Shown here one piece after another: positions 48,486 to 61,919 of a DNA stretch of 64,000 nt; position 1 is the stretch's first letter; the number at the start of each line of letters is the position of its first letter. The translations under genes and the position numbers were made by a program. A model generated the notes under the pieces. The model was given only the letters and a program-made list of their open reading frames with translations, was not told the DNA's origin and searched no databases. This stretch comes from Scyliorhinus canicula (Eukaryota): assembly GCF_902713615.1 (NCBI RefSeq), contig NC_052158.1, positions 32,529,990 through 32,593,989 of the forward strand. Reading direction: 5' to 3'.

Positions 48486-48599
48486 ACTCTATGGGGAAAG
48501 CAATAATATTTCGCAACTGATATGGTATATGTTGCAACTTATATAACCACGCCGACCAGATAAAAACAAAAACAAAACAACAGAACATACAATGAGCAA

Positions 48600-50462
48600 G
48601 AAATCAAAGGAGGTAAACAGACAGGCAGATGTCTACAAATATATACAGATTTCTACAAATATATAAAACAAAAAAGAGTGGCTAAGGTAAATATTGGTCC
48701 TTTAGAGAATGAGAAGGGAGTTTTAATAATGGGAGATGAGGAACTGAACAGGTTGATTTGGGTCGTCTTCACAGTGGCAGACACAAATAACATGCCAGTG
48801 ACTGATAGAAATGAGGCTATGACAGGTGAGGACCTTGAGAAAATTGTTATCACTAAGGAGGTAGTGATGGGCAAGCTAATGGCTAACGGTAGACAAGTCT
48901 CCTGGCCCTGATGGAATGCATCCCAGCGTGCTAAAAGAGATGGCTAGGGAAATTGCAAATGCACTAATGATAATTTACCAAAATTCACTAGACTCTGGGG
49001 TGGTCCCGGCGGATTGGAAATTAGCAAACGTGACACCACTATTTAAAAAACGAGGTAGGCAGAGAGCTGGTAATTATAGGTCAGTGAGCTTAACTTTGGT
49101 AGTAGGGAAGATGCTGGAATCTATCACAAGGAAGAAATAGCGAGGGATCTGGATATAAATTGTCCCATTGGGCAGACGCAGCATAGGTTCATAAAGGGCA
49201 GGCTGTGCCTAACTAATTTAGTAGAATTTATTGAGGACATTACCAGTGCGGTAGATAACGGGGAGCCAACGGATGTGGTATATCTGGATTTTCAGAAAGC
49301 CTTTGACAAGGTGCCACACAAAAGGTTGCTGCATGAGATAAAGATGCATGGCATTAGTAGCATGGATAGAGGATTGGTTAATTAATAGAAAGCAAAGAGT
49401 GGGGATTAATGGGTGTTTCTCTGGTTGGCAATCAGTAGGTAGTAGTGTCCCTCAGGGATCAGTGTTGGGCCCACAATTGTTCACAATTTACATAGATGAT
49501 TTGGAGTTGGGTACCAAGTGCAATATGTCCAAGTTTGCAGAAGACCATAAGATGAGTGTTAAAGTGAAAAGTGCAGAGGATACTGGAAGTCTGCAGAGGG
49601 ATTTGGATAGGTTAAGTGAATGGGCTAGGGTCTGGCAGATGGAATACAATGTTGACAAATGTGAGGTAATCCATTTTGGTAGGAATAACAGCAAACGGGA
49701 TTATTATTTAAATGATAAAATATTAAAACACGCTGCTGTGCAGAGAGACCTGGGTGTTCTAGTGCATGAGTCGCAAAAAGTTGGTTTACAGGTGCAACAG
49801 TTGATTAAGAAGGCAAATGGAATTTTGTCCTTCATTGCTAGAGGGATGGAGTTTAAGATGAGGGAGGATATGCTGCAATTGTATAAGGTGTTAGTGAGGC
49901 CACACCTGGAGTATTGTGTTCAGTTTTGGTCTCCTTACTTGAGAAAGGACGTATTGGCACTGGAGGGGGTACAGAGGAGATTCACGTGGTTAATCCCAGA
50001 GCAGAAGGGGTTGGATTACGAGGAGAGGTTGAGTAGACTGGGACTGTACTCGTTGGAATTTGGAAAGATAAGGGGGGATCTTATAGAAACATATAATATT
50101 ATGAAGGGAATAGATAGGATAGATGCGGGCAGGTTGTTTCCACTGGCGAGTGAAAGCAGAAATAGGGTGTAAAGCCTCAAAATAAGGGGAAGTAGATTTA
50201 GGACTGAGTTTAGGAGGAACTTCTTCACCCAAAGGATTGTGAATCTATGGAATTCCTTGCCCAGTGAAGCAGTAGAGGCTCCTTCATTACATGTTTTTAA
50301 GGTAAAGATAGATAGTTTTTTGAAGAATAAAGGGATTAAGGGCTATTGTGTTCGGCCCGGAAAGTGGAGCTGAGTCCACAAAAGATCAGCCATGATCTCA
50401 TTGAGTGGCGGAGCAGGCTCGAGGGGCCAGATGGCCTACTCCTGCTCCTAGTTCTTATGTCA
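48600..50462 (+). mobile_element. CR1 LINE, 5'-truncated (RT and 3' end)
   Basis: AGNYRSVSLTLVVGK, FQKAFDKVPH, VPQGSVLGP and YCVQFWSPYLRKD, plus the 3' tail. Confidence 0.92.
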
Positions 50463-50464
50463 GT

Positions 50465-53300
50465 CTAGATATTTCCATACAATTGCTTTCCCTCCTGCTG
50501 TGGCAGTGTCCCGCTTTGAACGGCTACCTGTGTTGCTGTTCCCAGTTTAGGTGCATTTACAGATGCCTACCGACAGTTTTAGTCTCTTGTCCCTCTTGCT
50601 TTCCTTGCGTGTCCCCTCGCCTCTCCACTCTTCCTTACTCTATTGGTTATGGCTATGAACACATCCTGGAACATGCGTTGGTAAATGGCTTCCCGGTTCT
50701 GTGGGAGCCTTCTTCTGAAACCTCGGATGGTCATTTTCATTTTGTCCAGTTTGATAAATTCCGCGAGGTCGGACAGCCAGTCTGCAGTCTTGGGTGCTGC
50801 TGCTAACCGTCATCTAAGCAGGATTCTTGGCGGGTGATAATGGAGGCAAAGGCTAGGGCTGCGGCCCCCTCCTCATGAAGAATTCTGGATAGTCTGAGAT
50901 GCCGAAGACCACTACCCTGGATATTGCCTCAAAAAAGGTCGCCGAGTACCCAACAGTTTTGGGGCATGCCCAGAACATATGATGTGGTTGGCTGGGCCTT
51001 CCTGGCACCGTTCACATTTGTTCACCACCTCCATAAAGAACCTGCTATTTGGGGGTCTGGTTAGGTGCACTTATTGTACCACTTTTAGCTCCATTAGCCT
51101 AAACCCTGTGCATGTGGAGGTGAAGTTTACTTTATGCAGTGCTTCGATCCAGAGTCCTGCATTTATTTCTATGCTGAGTTCCTCCTCCCGTTTTTCCCTT
51201 GTATTGTCAAGCGGGTAGTGCAACTCCTCCAACAGCTTCTCCCCCCCCCCCCCACCCACAGTTTCCCTCGCCTAGGGTGCCTGCGTCCAGTCGTTCTTCG
51301 AACACTGAATGTCATGGTATCTGGAGGTGCATCGTTGTTTCATTACTGAGGAAGCTTTTGACCTGTAAGTGTCTTCGCTCATTTCCTTTTGGCAATTAGA
51401 ACCTATCCGTGTGTTTCCCCAGGTCGCTACTCTGTCATCTGTGTACAAGCCCCTGTCAGTGTCCCGTGGTCCTTTCTCCATCTTTTCAAGGCTGTGTCCA
51501 TTATTGTGGGAGTAAACCTGTGAATGTTGCCCATGGGGGCCATGGTGGACATTTTGGTTCAGGTGAAATGTTTCCGCATCTCCTTGCACGTCCAAAGCAT
51601 GGCTACTACCACTGGGCCCCTCGAGTGTTTGTCGGGAGTGATGGAAGTGCAATTGTTACTAGGGCTCGGAGCAACACTCCTGTGCAGGAACTCTCCTCCA
51701 TATTCATCCATTCTGATACCGGTTACTTCACCCATGCCCTCACTCTTCCGCAGTAGCGAGTTTGCACACTCGCTAGTAAGGTAGCCCCTTAATAGCAAGT
51801 GTGTGAATATCTCCTGCCCATGTGGGCCCAATGCTGGCGCAAATGTTTAGCAGAGGTCTGCCAGGAATCCATCTGGCTCCAGTGGCATCCCCACCTGCAT
51901 TGAGCTGATATTCTCCATGACTTCTTTCAGTTCTAATTGTGCTTCCAAGCCCTGTCTCTCCTCTCCATCCACATCGGGCATGCCCAGTCCAATGAGGAAC
52001 TGATTCGTCCCTGAGTCCGCCTTATGGGGCTCTAATGAGTAAAGCCCCAGGTAGAAGGTCACATGGGCGTCATTGACCCTTTCCGGAGTGGTGACCAGCC
52101 TGTTGCTGCTGTCCCTAACCTGGGCTATCTTCCTCGTGGATGCCTGCTTTCTCAGCTGATGAGGCAGCAGGTAGCTGGCTTTGTCTCTGTGTTCATAGAA
52201 TGCCCCCGTGTCCGGCCGAGCTGGCCACTGCTTTCCCCATGGAGTGCAGGTCAAAGTCCATCTGTAGCTCCTTCCTCTGCCAGTAGCTCCATGGTTGGGG
52301 CTGAGAAGTAAGGCATGTCCACCTCCACTATGGAGTCGACCAGCTCTTGCCTAGCCACCATCTCCTTCCTACCTTTGCACTCCTTGTATGCCATAATTTC
52401 TCCCCTTTTCACAGCCTTTAACGCAGCCAGAACGTAGCGGGCGAGACTTCTCCATTCTGGCAGTTGGTAACGTACCCATCTATGGCCTGTGATATGTTTG
52501 CATAATACTTGTCGGCCAGGAGGGCTGTGTCCAGCCTCCATGGGGTACATTGAGCCCATCCCATCCACGTTTTGTGGATCATGGCCTGAGATTACAAGTG
52601 CAACGCATTCCTCTCCTACCATCCCTGGACGCATCGCTTAGTGGACTACAAATACATCGATCCTAGTATGTACTATGTGTACCTGGGAGAAGAGGGAAAC
52701 CTTCTCCCCTGAGTGTGTGAACCACCGTGGGGCCACTGCCCCCATCTATTCCATGAATACACTCAGTTCCTTCGCCATGTTTGACTTTTTCCGTGATTTG
52801 GGGCTCCATCTATCTGCCTGTGGATCCCGTACGTTCCAGATGACTATCCTGATGGCGGGTTTATGCCCCCCCCCCCTCTTGTGGGGTCAACCATATTTAT
52901 CTTGTGGATGTGCTCCCGCACTCCTGGGTTTCCATTTGATAGGGGGGCAATCAAGATGGCTGTGGTCACCGTACTCGCCATGTAGCTGCGCCTGTGCCAG
53001 GCGCCACTCAAGATGACAGCCATCTATATGAGAGCCATGTGGATGTGCCCTTGCACTCCGGGTTTGCCTTTGCTTGAGGGCACTTCAAAGTGACTGTTTG
53101 CAGTACTTTTGTTTTCATCGCTGCCATGAGCAATCTGTCGAAGCCAGACTAATGCCCTTCCACTCCCATGTCCCTCAGCTTTCCCTGGAGCCTGTCACCC
53201 CCCCCCCCCCCATACCCTCCTCGCCCCCACTAGTTTCACCCCAGCCTCTCCCTCTCTGTTTATCCCCTCATTGTCTCCCCCATCTGGAGTATTCTCCCCC
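50465..53300 (-). mobile_element. L1-clade LINE ORF2 remnant, internally deleted
   Basis: LLPHQLRKQASTRKIAQVRD...VNDA..TFY.GLYS and WIEALHKVNFTSTC...LMELKVV, characteristic of fish L1; heavily decayed. Confidence 0.75.
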
Positions 53301-53859
53301 AGCACAGTAGGAGGCTATTCAGTCGATAGCGTATCATTCTGAGCGGCCACTACAATTGTCTCATCTCACTCTGAGATGAACCTTCCCCGCACAGTCGTGT
53401 GGCTAAGAAGAGACCCGCAATCGCCCAGATTGAAGAAATTAAAGCCAGAAATTTGAGACCATGAAAATACTTGTTATCATTGCAGGACAATGCTTCTACT
53501 TCTAGGCAGAATGATATTTGCTGTGGTCAGTTTCATGTGATACTTGCTGTGGTAAAGTGTTATGTTTGATTGGATAGATAGGACAGAAGCAGACCATTTG
53601 GCCCAGCCAGTCCCTGTGACAAATGTTCACCTTTCTCGCCTCTTCCTATTTTTTCCTATCTAAATTTATCATCTATTCCTTTTTGAAAGATTTACTTCCT
53701 ATGCTTGCGCAGCTCATCTTTAAAACCATCTATCGGGCTCACCAACTACTCCCTGCGGTAGCGATCTCGACATTCTCTCCCCTCCTTGGGTGAGGACGTC
53801 CTGCTGAATGCCCTATTGGATGTTGTGGTGACTATCATACAATAATGGTTCTAAATCTG

Positions 53860-54765
53860 ATCTTCCCCACAAAGGGAACCTACTGTAAAAAAAACATTTC
53901 ACACAGAGGGACAGGTAGTATTGATGAAGCAGGGGGCAGCAGAATGACTTGGACTGGTTAGGAGAGTGGGCAAAGAAGTGGCAGATGGAATACAATATGG
54001 GAAAGTGCGAGCTTCTGCATTTTGGAAGGAAAAATGAAGACATGGACTATCTTCTAAATGGGAAAAGGCTGGGGAAATCAGATGCATGAAGGGACTTAGG
54101 AGACCTAGTTCAAGATTCTCTTAAGGTTAACTTGTATGTTCAGTCGGCAGTTAGGAAGGTAAATGCAATGTTAGCATTATGTCTAGAGGGCGAGAATACA
54201 AGAGCAGAGATGTACCTCTGAAGTTGTGTAACAGTCAGATCCCATTTCAAATATTGAGAGCAGATTTGTGTCCCATATCTAAGGGAAGGTGTGCTGGCCT
54301 TAGAAAGGGTCCAGAGGAAGTTCACAAAGATGATCCCAAGAATGAAGAGCTTGTCACATGAGGAGCGGTTGAGGACTCTGTGTCTGTACTCGTTGCAGTT
54401 TGAAGGATGAGGTGGATCTTATTGAAACTTGCAGGATACTGAGAGCCGTGGATAGAGTGGATGTGCAGAGAACATTTCAACCATTAGCGTCAGACTAAAG
54501 GGACTATCCTTTAAAACAGATGAGGAATTTCTTCAGGGTTGTGAATCTGTGGAACTCTTTGCCGCAGAAGGCTGTGGAGGCCAAATCACTGAGTATCTTT
54601 AAGACAGAGATCGATCAGTTCTTGATTTATAAGGGGATCAGGGGTTACGGGGAGAAGGCGGATGAGAAACATATAAGCCATGATTGATTGGCGGAGCAGA
54701 CTCGATGTGCTGAATGACCGTAATTTGTTTCTATGTTTTATGGGCTAATTACTGCTATGAGGTTA
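53860..54765 (+). mobile_element. CR1 3' fragment
   Basis: WQMEYN...KANAMLAF...YEERLRTL and 3' UTR motifs. Confidence 0.85.
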
Positions 54766-54774
54766 CGCTTCAAC

Positions 54775-55425
54775 AGTGACCTACAGTGCAGAAGGAGGTC
54801 ATTCTGCCCATCGCGTCTGCACAGACCCTCTGAAAGAGCACCCTGCCTAAACCCACATCCCCAACATATCCCTGTAACCCAGTAACGCCAACTTAATGGG
54901 CAATTTAGCATGACCAACCCACCTATCCTGCACATCTTCAGAGCACGGCAGGAAATAGGAGCATCCAGAGGAAACCCATGCAGACACGGGGAGAACGTGT
55001 AAATTCCACACCAACAGTGAAATTGAACCTGGGTCCCTAGGGCTGTGAGGCAGCAGTGCTAACTGCTGCGCTACCGTGCCACCTACTACTGCTCGGGTAT
55101 TGTCAGCGTCGGTCCTTTGCTATAGTTATAGTAGCGCAGTGGTCAGCACTGTTGCTAGACAACGCCAGGGATCCAGGTTTGATTGCCGGCTTGGGTCATT
55201 GTCTCTGCGGAGTCTGCATGTTCTCCCCATGTCTGTATGGGTTTCCTCTGGGAGGTCCACTTTCCTCCCACAAGTCAGGAAAGATATGCTTGTTAGATGA
55301 ATTGGACATTCTGAATTCTCCCTCAGTGTACCTGAACAAGTGTGGCGACGAGGGGATTTTCACGGTAACTTCATTGCAGTGTTAATGTGAGCATATTTGT
55401 GAGACTAATAAAGATTATTATTATA
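54775..55425. mobile_element. Two tRNA-SINEs, head to head (~54775-55085 on -, ~55128-55425 on +)
   Basis: SINE bodies as elsewhere in the window; TTATTA tail on the + copy. Confidence 0.8.
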
Positions 55426-56577
55426 AGGCTTTCTACCGTTTCTCGATATCACGTGTGCAAATCAAAGCGGCCTCCGTGTTGCTGGGGACCTGAAAACCCC
55501 ATTAAACAAAAATAGATTATCCACCAGGGACATGTGGCTGAAGGTGGCTGCAGAAGCTTCAGCCTTGTTTCCACAGATGTACTGGTCTTCCCATGATTAA
55601 GTTTGGGGAGGTTTTTGTGACCACATCCTCCCATTACCACATTTAAGAACGGATGTGATAAACCCCTCAATTTCTGACAGGGAAACATAACTACTCCTGA
55701 ATTGTAGACAGGCAGGAACAGCAATTAGGCTATTCAAAATATACCAATTGGCTGCTGTCCCTCAGGAGAACCTGAGGTCCAAGTCTGAGATCAAAAGATG
55801 CCCCATATTATTAGTGTTTTTGTGTCAACTAATTCCAATTATGGTGTGGAGCTTACCACCTTTGCTGCGTAATCAGTGTTTGTCAGAATAAAAGGGAGCC
55901 TGTGACTGAAAAGCACAGTTTTGGGAGCTCAGAGCATAGTCTGTATTCACTACTCACTGTCTCTCTCTCTAAAATCCTCAGATTGTTACCGAGAATTGTT
56001 CAGGACAGCAGTCCAGAAACCAAACATTTGTGGAAGCATAAATAATGAGCTGATTCAGACTATTTTATCTCTGTGTGCCCAGCACATCAGAAAATTGAAT
56101 TATCGAGCATCAGTTTTCAAATCTGAGGGAGTTTGTTAAACAATACTTCAATGGATTATGACTCTAGATTCAACAACCTTCTCTGTGGTCTCTGCTCTGT
56201 GGATCGTTCTTTCAACTACCCCTCCTCAATTGCATAAATGTACAGGAAGTGGCCTTGGGACTTTCCTCCTGCATTTTGATAGTGTAAAACTAAACTAACC
56301 CTTTGAGTTCATCCTCCCTCGAGTTTCCTGTGGGATTATTAATACAAACTTTGATCCCACCAAAGTCTGAGCATTTGTGAAATACTTCCTCAATTATAAA
56401 GGGAGAAACACATCAAAACACCTTTCTGTTTAGTGTTGAGATGACGTGCAGAAAATTGTTTTTGTTTGAATTAAGCCCCTTCGTGTCTGTAACAACGCAT
56501 CAGAACCTTGAAAAGAATTACCATCTGCAGCTTCATATCACCATTAAAGAGTGCATTGCATTTGCGGAATTTAATGA

Positions 56578-56845
56578 CCGGCTGGGTCACTGTCTGTGTG
56601 GAGTCTGCACGTCCTCCCCGTGTGCATGGGTTTCCTCCGGGTGCTCCGGTTTCCTCCCACAGTCCAAAGATGTGCGGGTTAGGTGGATTGGCCATGCTAA
56701 ATTGCCCGTAGTGTAAGGTTAATGGGGGGATTGTTGGGTTACGGGTATACGGGTTACGTGGGTTTAAAGTAGGGTGATTATTGCTCGGCACAACATCGAG
56801 GGCCGAAGGGCCTGTTCTGTGCTGTACTGTTCTATGTTCTATGTT
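56578..56845 (+). mobile_element. HE1-type SINE, 5'-truncated
   Basis: Nearly identical to 17222-17515. Confidence 0.9.
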
Positions 56846-57910
56846 CCTGTGATATGCCTTGTGTAGTAGGACCAAAGTGTTAAGACCATTTGATGCCTGA
56901 TTATCCACTTTCTGATATCTCTCCGACACTCTGGCTATCAGAACCCCACAAACCCAGACCTCTGTGTGTCCCACTAATCACCCAACATCTGACCCCCCTG
57001 GCCAGCCAACTCCCTACGTCTCACAGCTTGCCTCCACCAGCAGCACAATTTATGGTGGTGCCTTCTTTATTTCATTGTTTAATTCGTGGTCACGTCAAAG
57101 AATACTCCTATGGACTGATGCATTTGTGAGAGGTAGCTAGAAGAGGAGAACGTCGAGTACATTGCTGCATCTTAGCTCATTCACGATCTGCCTCAACTCC
57201 AGTCTGGTACGTATTTCCTTCTGCACTCAGCCACTTTGGTCAGTACTGGTGCTGTCGAACCATGCAGACATTGGAATTCCCCAACCAGAGTACATTTCAT
57301 GCCTTTGCCATCCTTCAAGTGGTGTTCAACATGAGAGAGCACTGATTCATTAGAAGTGGGAGGGAGGGAGGGACGATTCAACAGGCGGTTTCCTTACCCC
57401 TGCTGGTGCTACACGTCCAGTTGAGATTCCTCAACGCATATAAGCTTTTCTAACAGCCAATACAAACTTGCGCGGACACCTACATTCACAGATCCCTCTA
57501 TAAGTGCCTTCATGCTAAAGTGTGACAATTTTATTTTGAAGGCAAAATGTGAACAGGCACAATCAAATATCACAAAACAAATCAAAGAGTAAGTATAATA
57601 TATTGACAAATTGTATTTACACATTTTTAAAAAATCTATTTCTCGCTCTGAGCAGGCGTGAGGAGCTGAGTGGAGGTGGAGGAGAGAACGGCATGGCGAT
57701 TGATTCAAATTCACATTGACATCGGTGGGATGGAAGAGCTTGCCAGTGGGAAGGGCTGGAAAATCCTGCGCTGTGGCTGCCCTTCCATGTCCTGCAGTGG
57801 TATTGTTAGATCCTCATTGATTCCTCGTATCATTCAGTTCATTGAAGCCTCGGGGATACATATTCTATTCAAGAAATGGAAGCACCTCTACCTACCTCTG
57901 GGCTGAGATC

Positions 57911-58821
57911 TCAGTTGTTCTGTTTATTAATTAGTTGAATAAATAATGTAAATGGGTATTTAATTGCGCTCTTGAACTGGTCCCTGAACCTGGGCTGTGT
58001 CACCCCATAAATAAATGCATTTGTACAGCAATTCAAATTCAGAAGCATAACTGCAACATCTGCCAAAATGTAAGCCAGATCATCGTAATACACAGGATTA
58101 ATCCCTGTAATAATATAATAGAAGGAGTGTAGAACATACAAAAGCCATAAAAGTATGAAGCTGCCAGATATGGTGAAGAGTAAAATCATGGATTTCCTTC
58201 TGCTGTCCATCTCTGGGTCACTGCGATTCACCCGCTTGCTCTGACCCATCAGCCCCTGACGAACTCGACTGGTCACCAAAATATATCTCACTGTCAGAGC
58301 ATTGAATAATAGGACTAAAACATATGGTATGAATGGATTTAAAACCTTATCTAACCAGCCATACACCACCCATGCGGGATCAGTATAATAACTTGGATTG
58401 TCATGACAGAACCAGGGAACATTGTCGATAAACTCTGCAGGTTCAAATCTAAAGTACATGGGAACGTCTTTTAAACAGAGCAGAATGCAGGTTGTTGATA
58501 GAACCACGGCTGCAGTTCTCTCTGTGCAATATTTCATCTTCAACTTCTGAGAGCAAATTACCACAAATCTATCAAACGAGAACATGACAGTGAACCAGAC
58601 TGAACATTCTGCCGCTGCATAAAGCAGGATAAAGGTAATACTACACACTGGGGTGATGTCCAAGAAAGATGTTGCGAAATAATAAGAACCAATCCGATAG
58701 AGTATGATCGCAGTGATTATTACCAAGAGATCTGCTGTTGCCATGGCCACCAGGTAGCGAGTGGTGCAGTTGGAGAGGCCACATTTTCGCTGGTACAGGA
58801 TCAAGATCGCCAGTAAATTAA
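57911..58821 (-). CDS. GPR139-like: GPR139/GPR142-like rhodopsin-class GPCR, coding exon 2 (end of TM1 to stop); exon 1 not located
   Basis: Acceptor ctctcttacag|TT AAT TTA (phase 1, the conserved family intron position). Open 911-nt exon: NLLAILIL..KCGLS...YLVAMATADLLV...CSVWFTV.FSFDRFV.IC...DPEM.SRRKS.ILLFTISGSFILLW...NCCTN.FIY..TQ.RFR. Confidence 0.92.
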
Positions 58822-59084
58822 CTGTAAGAGAGAGAAGGACAAAAATACTGGATAGTACTTATCAAACAGTCTAAAAGAATGATGGTTGGAGTTGCATCCG
58901 GTGGCTACTCATGTTGCCACCATGAAAATATATATAATACTCTTTAGGAAACCAGAGCACCCAGAGGAAACCCACGCGGGGAGAACGTGGAGACTCCGCA
59001 CAGACAGTAGCCCGAGTGGGAATGGAACCTGGGGAGCAACAGTGGTAACCACTGTGCTACTCTGCCACCCAATTGGGAATATTA

Positions 59085-59640
59085 GACCAGAAGTCATAGT
59101 GGCTGAATTAGATCATTCAGCCCATCGACTCTCCTACACCATTCAATTATGGCTGATATGTTTCTCACCCCCATTCTCCTGCCTTCTCCCCATCGCCCCC
59201 AATCCGTTTATTAATCCCGAAATGTCTGTAGTCGATGGAGATTAGAAGGATGAGGGGAGATCTCATTGAAAGTTATAGAATACTGAGAGGCCTAGATGGA
59301 GTGAATGTGGAGCTGATGTTTCCACCAGTAGGAGAAACTAGAATCCAACAGAACAGCCTCCGACTGAAGGGATGATAATTTAAAGCAGAACCGAGGAACA
59401 ATTACTTCAGCCAGATGGTGATGAATATGTCAAATTCAGTATCGCAAAAGGATGTAGAGGCCATGTCACTGAGTGTCTTTAAGACAGAGATGGATAGGTT
59501 CTTTATTAATAAGGGGATCAGGGTTAAGGGGAGAAGGCAGGAGAATGGGGATGAGAAACTTATCAGCCATGATTGAATGGCGGAGCAGACTCGATGGGCT
59601 GAATGGCCTAATTCTGCTGCTATATCTTATGGTCTTAGGG
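59085..59640. mobile_element. Two CR1 3' ends head to head (59085-59215 on -, 59235-59640 on +)
   Basis: GGGGAGAAGGCAGGAGAATGGGG.TGAGAAAC.TATCAGCCAT is present in both orientations. Confidence 0.8.
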
Positions 59641-61071
59641 TCTTAAGCCTCAGGCAAATCAATCGGCCCAGCCCCTAAATTGTGCATCCCAGCCCATTAA
59701 TACCCAAGTGTTATTTTTAAAAATTCATTCTTGGGATGACAGTGTCGTTGACTTAGTCAGCATTTATTGCACTCTCTAATTACCCTTGAACTGAACTCTT
59801 TGCTGAGCATTTCAAAAGGACATTTAACGTGTCAACACCATTGCTATTGTTCTGGAATCATATCTAGGCCCGACTCCGTAAGGACAGAAGACCGCCCCCC
59901 TGTCCCAAAGGACATGAGTGAAGCAAGACATTTTTAATGACATTGTTTTCATTGTTATCATTAGATTTTCAATTCTAGTATTTTCTTTAATTCAAATTCT
60001 ATCATCTGACTTCGGAGGATTCGAACTTGTGTTTCCTAAGTCCCTGGTTCAGTGCCAGCACAAAGCCATCACCTCATCACTAAAGTAAAATAAAGAGACT
60101 GAACTGGAGCTGATAAAATAAAAGAGAAATACTGAAAATACTCCTTGGACCAGGCACTGGCATTGATGTCGAAATTTAGTTTACTTTTCCAGTCGATTGT
60201 CTTTCATATGCAATTAGTAATTACTAGTTTTCAAGCAATGATTGAGCCAGAAAAATATGGAACGGCGACAGAATGAACGAGTTATTCAATGATTAAGTCA
60301 TGATGCTGTAAGGTGAACACCACATGATAGAAACTGAAGCAAGGCGTAAATGGTTAAAGAAAAACAACACAGTGATAAAGACGGCTCTGGTAGGAAGGGG
60401 ACATGATGGAGAAAGGTTTGAATGTTATCCAGTCCACAGTCCATGCCGATTGAGTGAGTATCCACCCCAATCATCAGTCCACACCTCCTCCATTCTCAGA
60501 ATTGCAGACATATGTGAACCATAAAAGTGGGAGCAGAATTTACAATCGTAAGTTCCTAAACTGTGTGGAGCAACTAATAACGTGTCTAACCCAGTGATAG
60601 GGCAGATGGTACCAGAGTGGTAATGTGGCTGGGTTAGTAACATGCGCATGCCCTGGGGCATGTATTCAAATCCCACCATGGTCACTGGCAGTTCAATACA
60701 GTTAATGGGTCTGGAAGAAAAATGTTGACACAGGAATGGCGACCATCAAACTTCAATTGATTCTTGCAGGAACGCATCTGGTTCACTAAAGTCCTTTTGA
60801 TAATGAAATCCACCATCCTTACCTGACCTGGCCTATATGTTCCTCATTTGTGGAAAAGGATAGGAGACTGACTGTGATTCAGAATTCAAATGGCAACATG
60901 ACCAAAAACCCAGGGTCGCACTTCAGGACCGGATGGGAATGGCCTTCCAAACAATCTTTCAAAGAACTAATTAAATTTCCAATGTGGAACGGAACACATC
61001 ATGAGGAAAATGTAGTTGCTAGATTGGGGGAAGTACAACAATCAATTTTTAATCTACATGGATGGTGACAT

Positions 61072-61415
61072 ATAGAACATAGAACAGTACAGCACAGAAC
61101 AGGCCCTTCAGCCCTCAATGTTGTGCCGAGCAATGATCACCCTACTCAAACCCACGTATCCCCCCCGTACCCGTAACCCAACAACCCCCTCCCTAACCTT
61201 ACTTTTTTAGGACACTACGGGCAATTTAGCATGGCCAATCCACCTATCCCGCACGTCTTTGGACTGTGGGAGGAAACCGGAGCACCTGGAGGAAACCCAC
61301 GCACACACGGGGAGGACGTGCAGACTCCGCACAGACAGTGACCCAGCCAGGAACCGAACCTGGGACCCTGGAGCTGTGAAGCATTTATGCTAACCACCAT
61401 GCTACCATGCTGCCC
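61072..61415 (-). mobile_element. Full-length HE1-type SINE
   Basis: Near-identical to 16328-16636; TAGAACATAGAAC tail. Confidence 0.92.
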
Positions 61416-61919
61416 CTAAGCAGATGAAAGGACAGGAGATGCATCTCATGTGTTTGGATAGGAAGGTTTTAGGGGAGGGGACGTGATGGAAGTGCGAACC
61501 AGTGCATTGCAAGGGGAAAGGGTGGGAGTGGACAGGATAAATACTGACGAGAAACAGTTGGACGAAATAGTCAGTTTCAGTGCTGTAAATTCAACCGTGT
61601 TTTCTGTAACTCTAGTATTAATTAATAAGTATCAGTTCTTTGATAATATTCCAGATATCGAAGTGAATTTCTTATTGAAGAAGTGCTCTATTTTAAAATA
61701 TTAAAATATTAAAAATATAAAATATAAATATAAAAATGTAAAATATTTAGTAACACTATAATCATGTTACTATTTACAGTTGACATATATTGTTAATATC
61801 TCTATCTCTTGAAAACCATTATCGTTGCTGGCCAATTTGAATATGTCTTTCCTTGAGATGAAGTGCCTCATTGAGGTGAGCATGGAGATCAGTGTTGCTT
61901 AAATGTACTACATATATTA

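Noticed and set aside
58822-58880. KYYPVF peptide upstream of the GPCR exon, suggesting an intronless gene with a 2-nt frameshift
   Set aside because: That frame has no ATG before a stop, and the sequence is a textbook polypyrimidine acceptor at the conserved family intron position.
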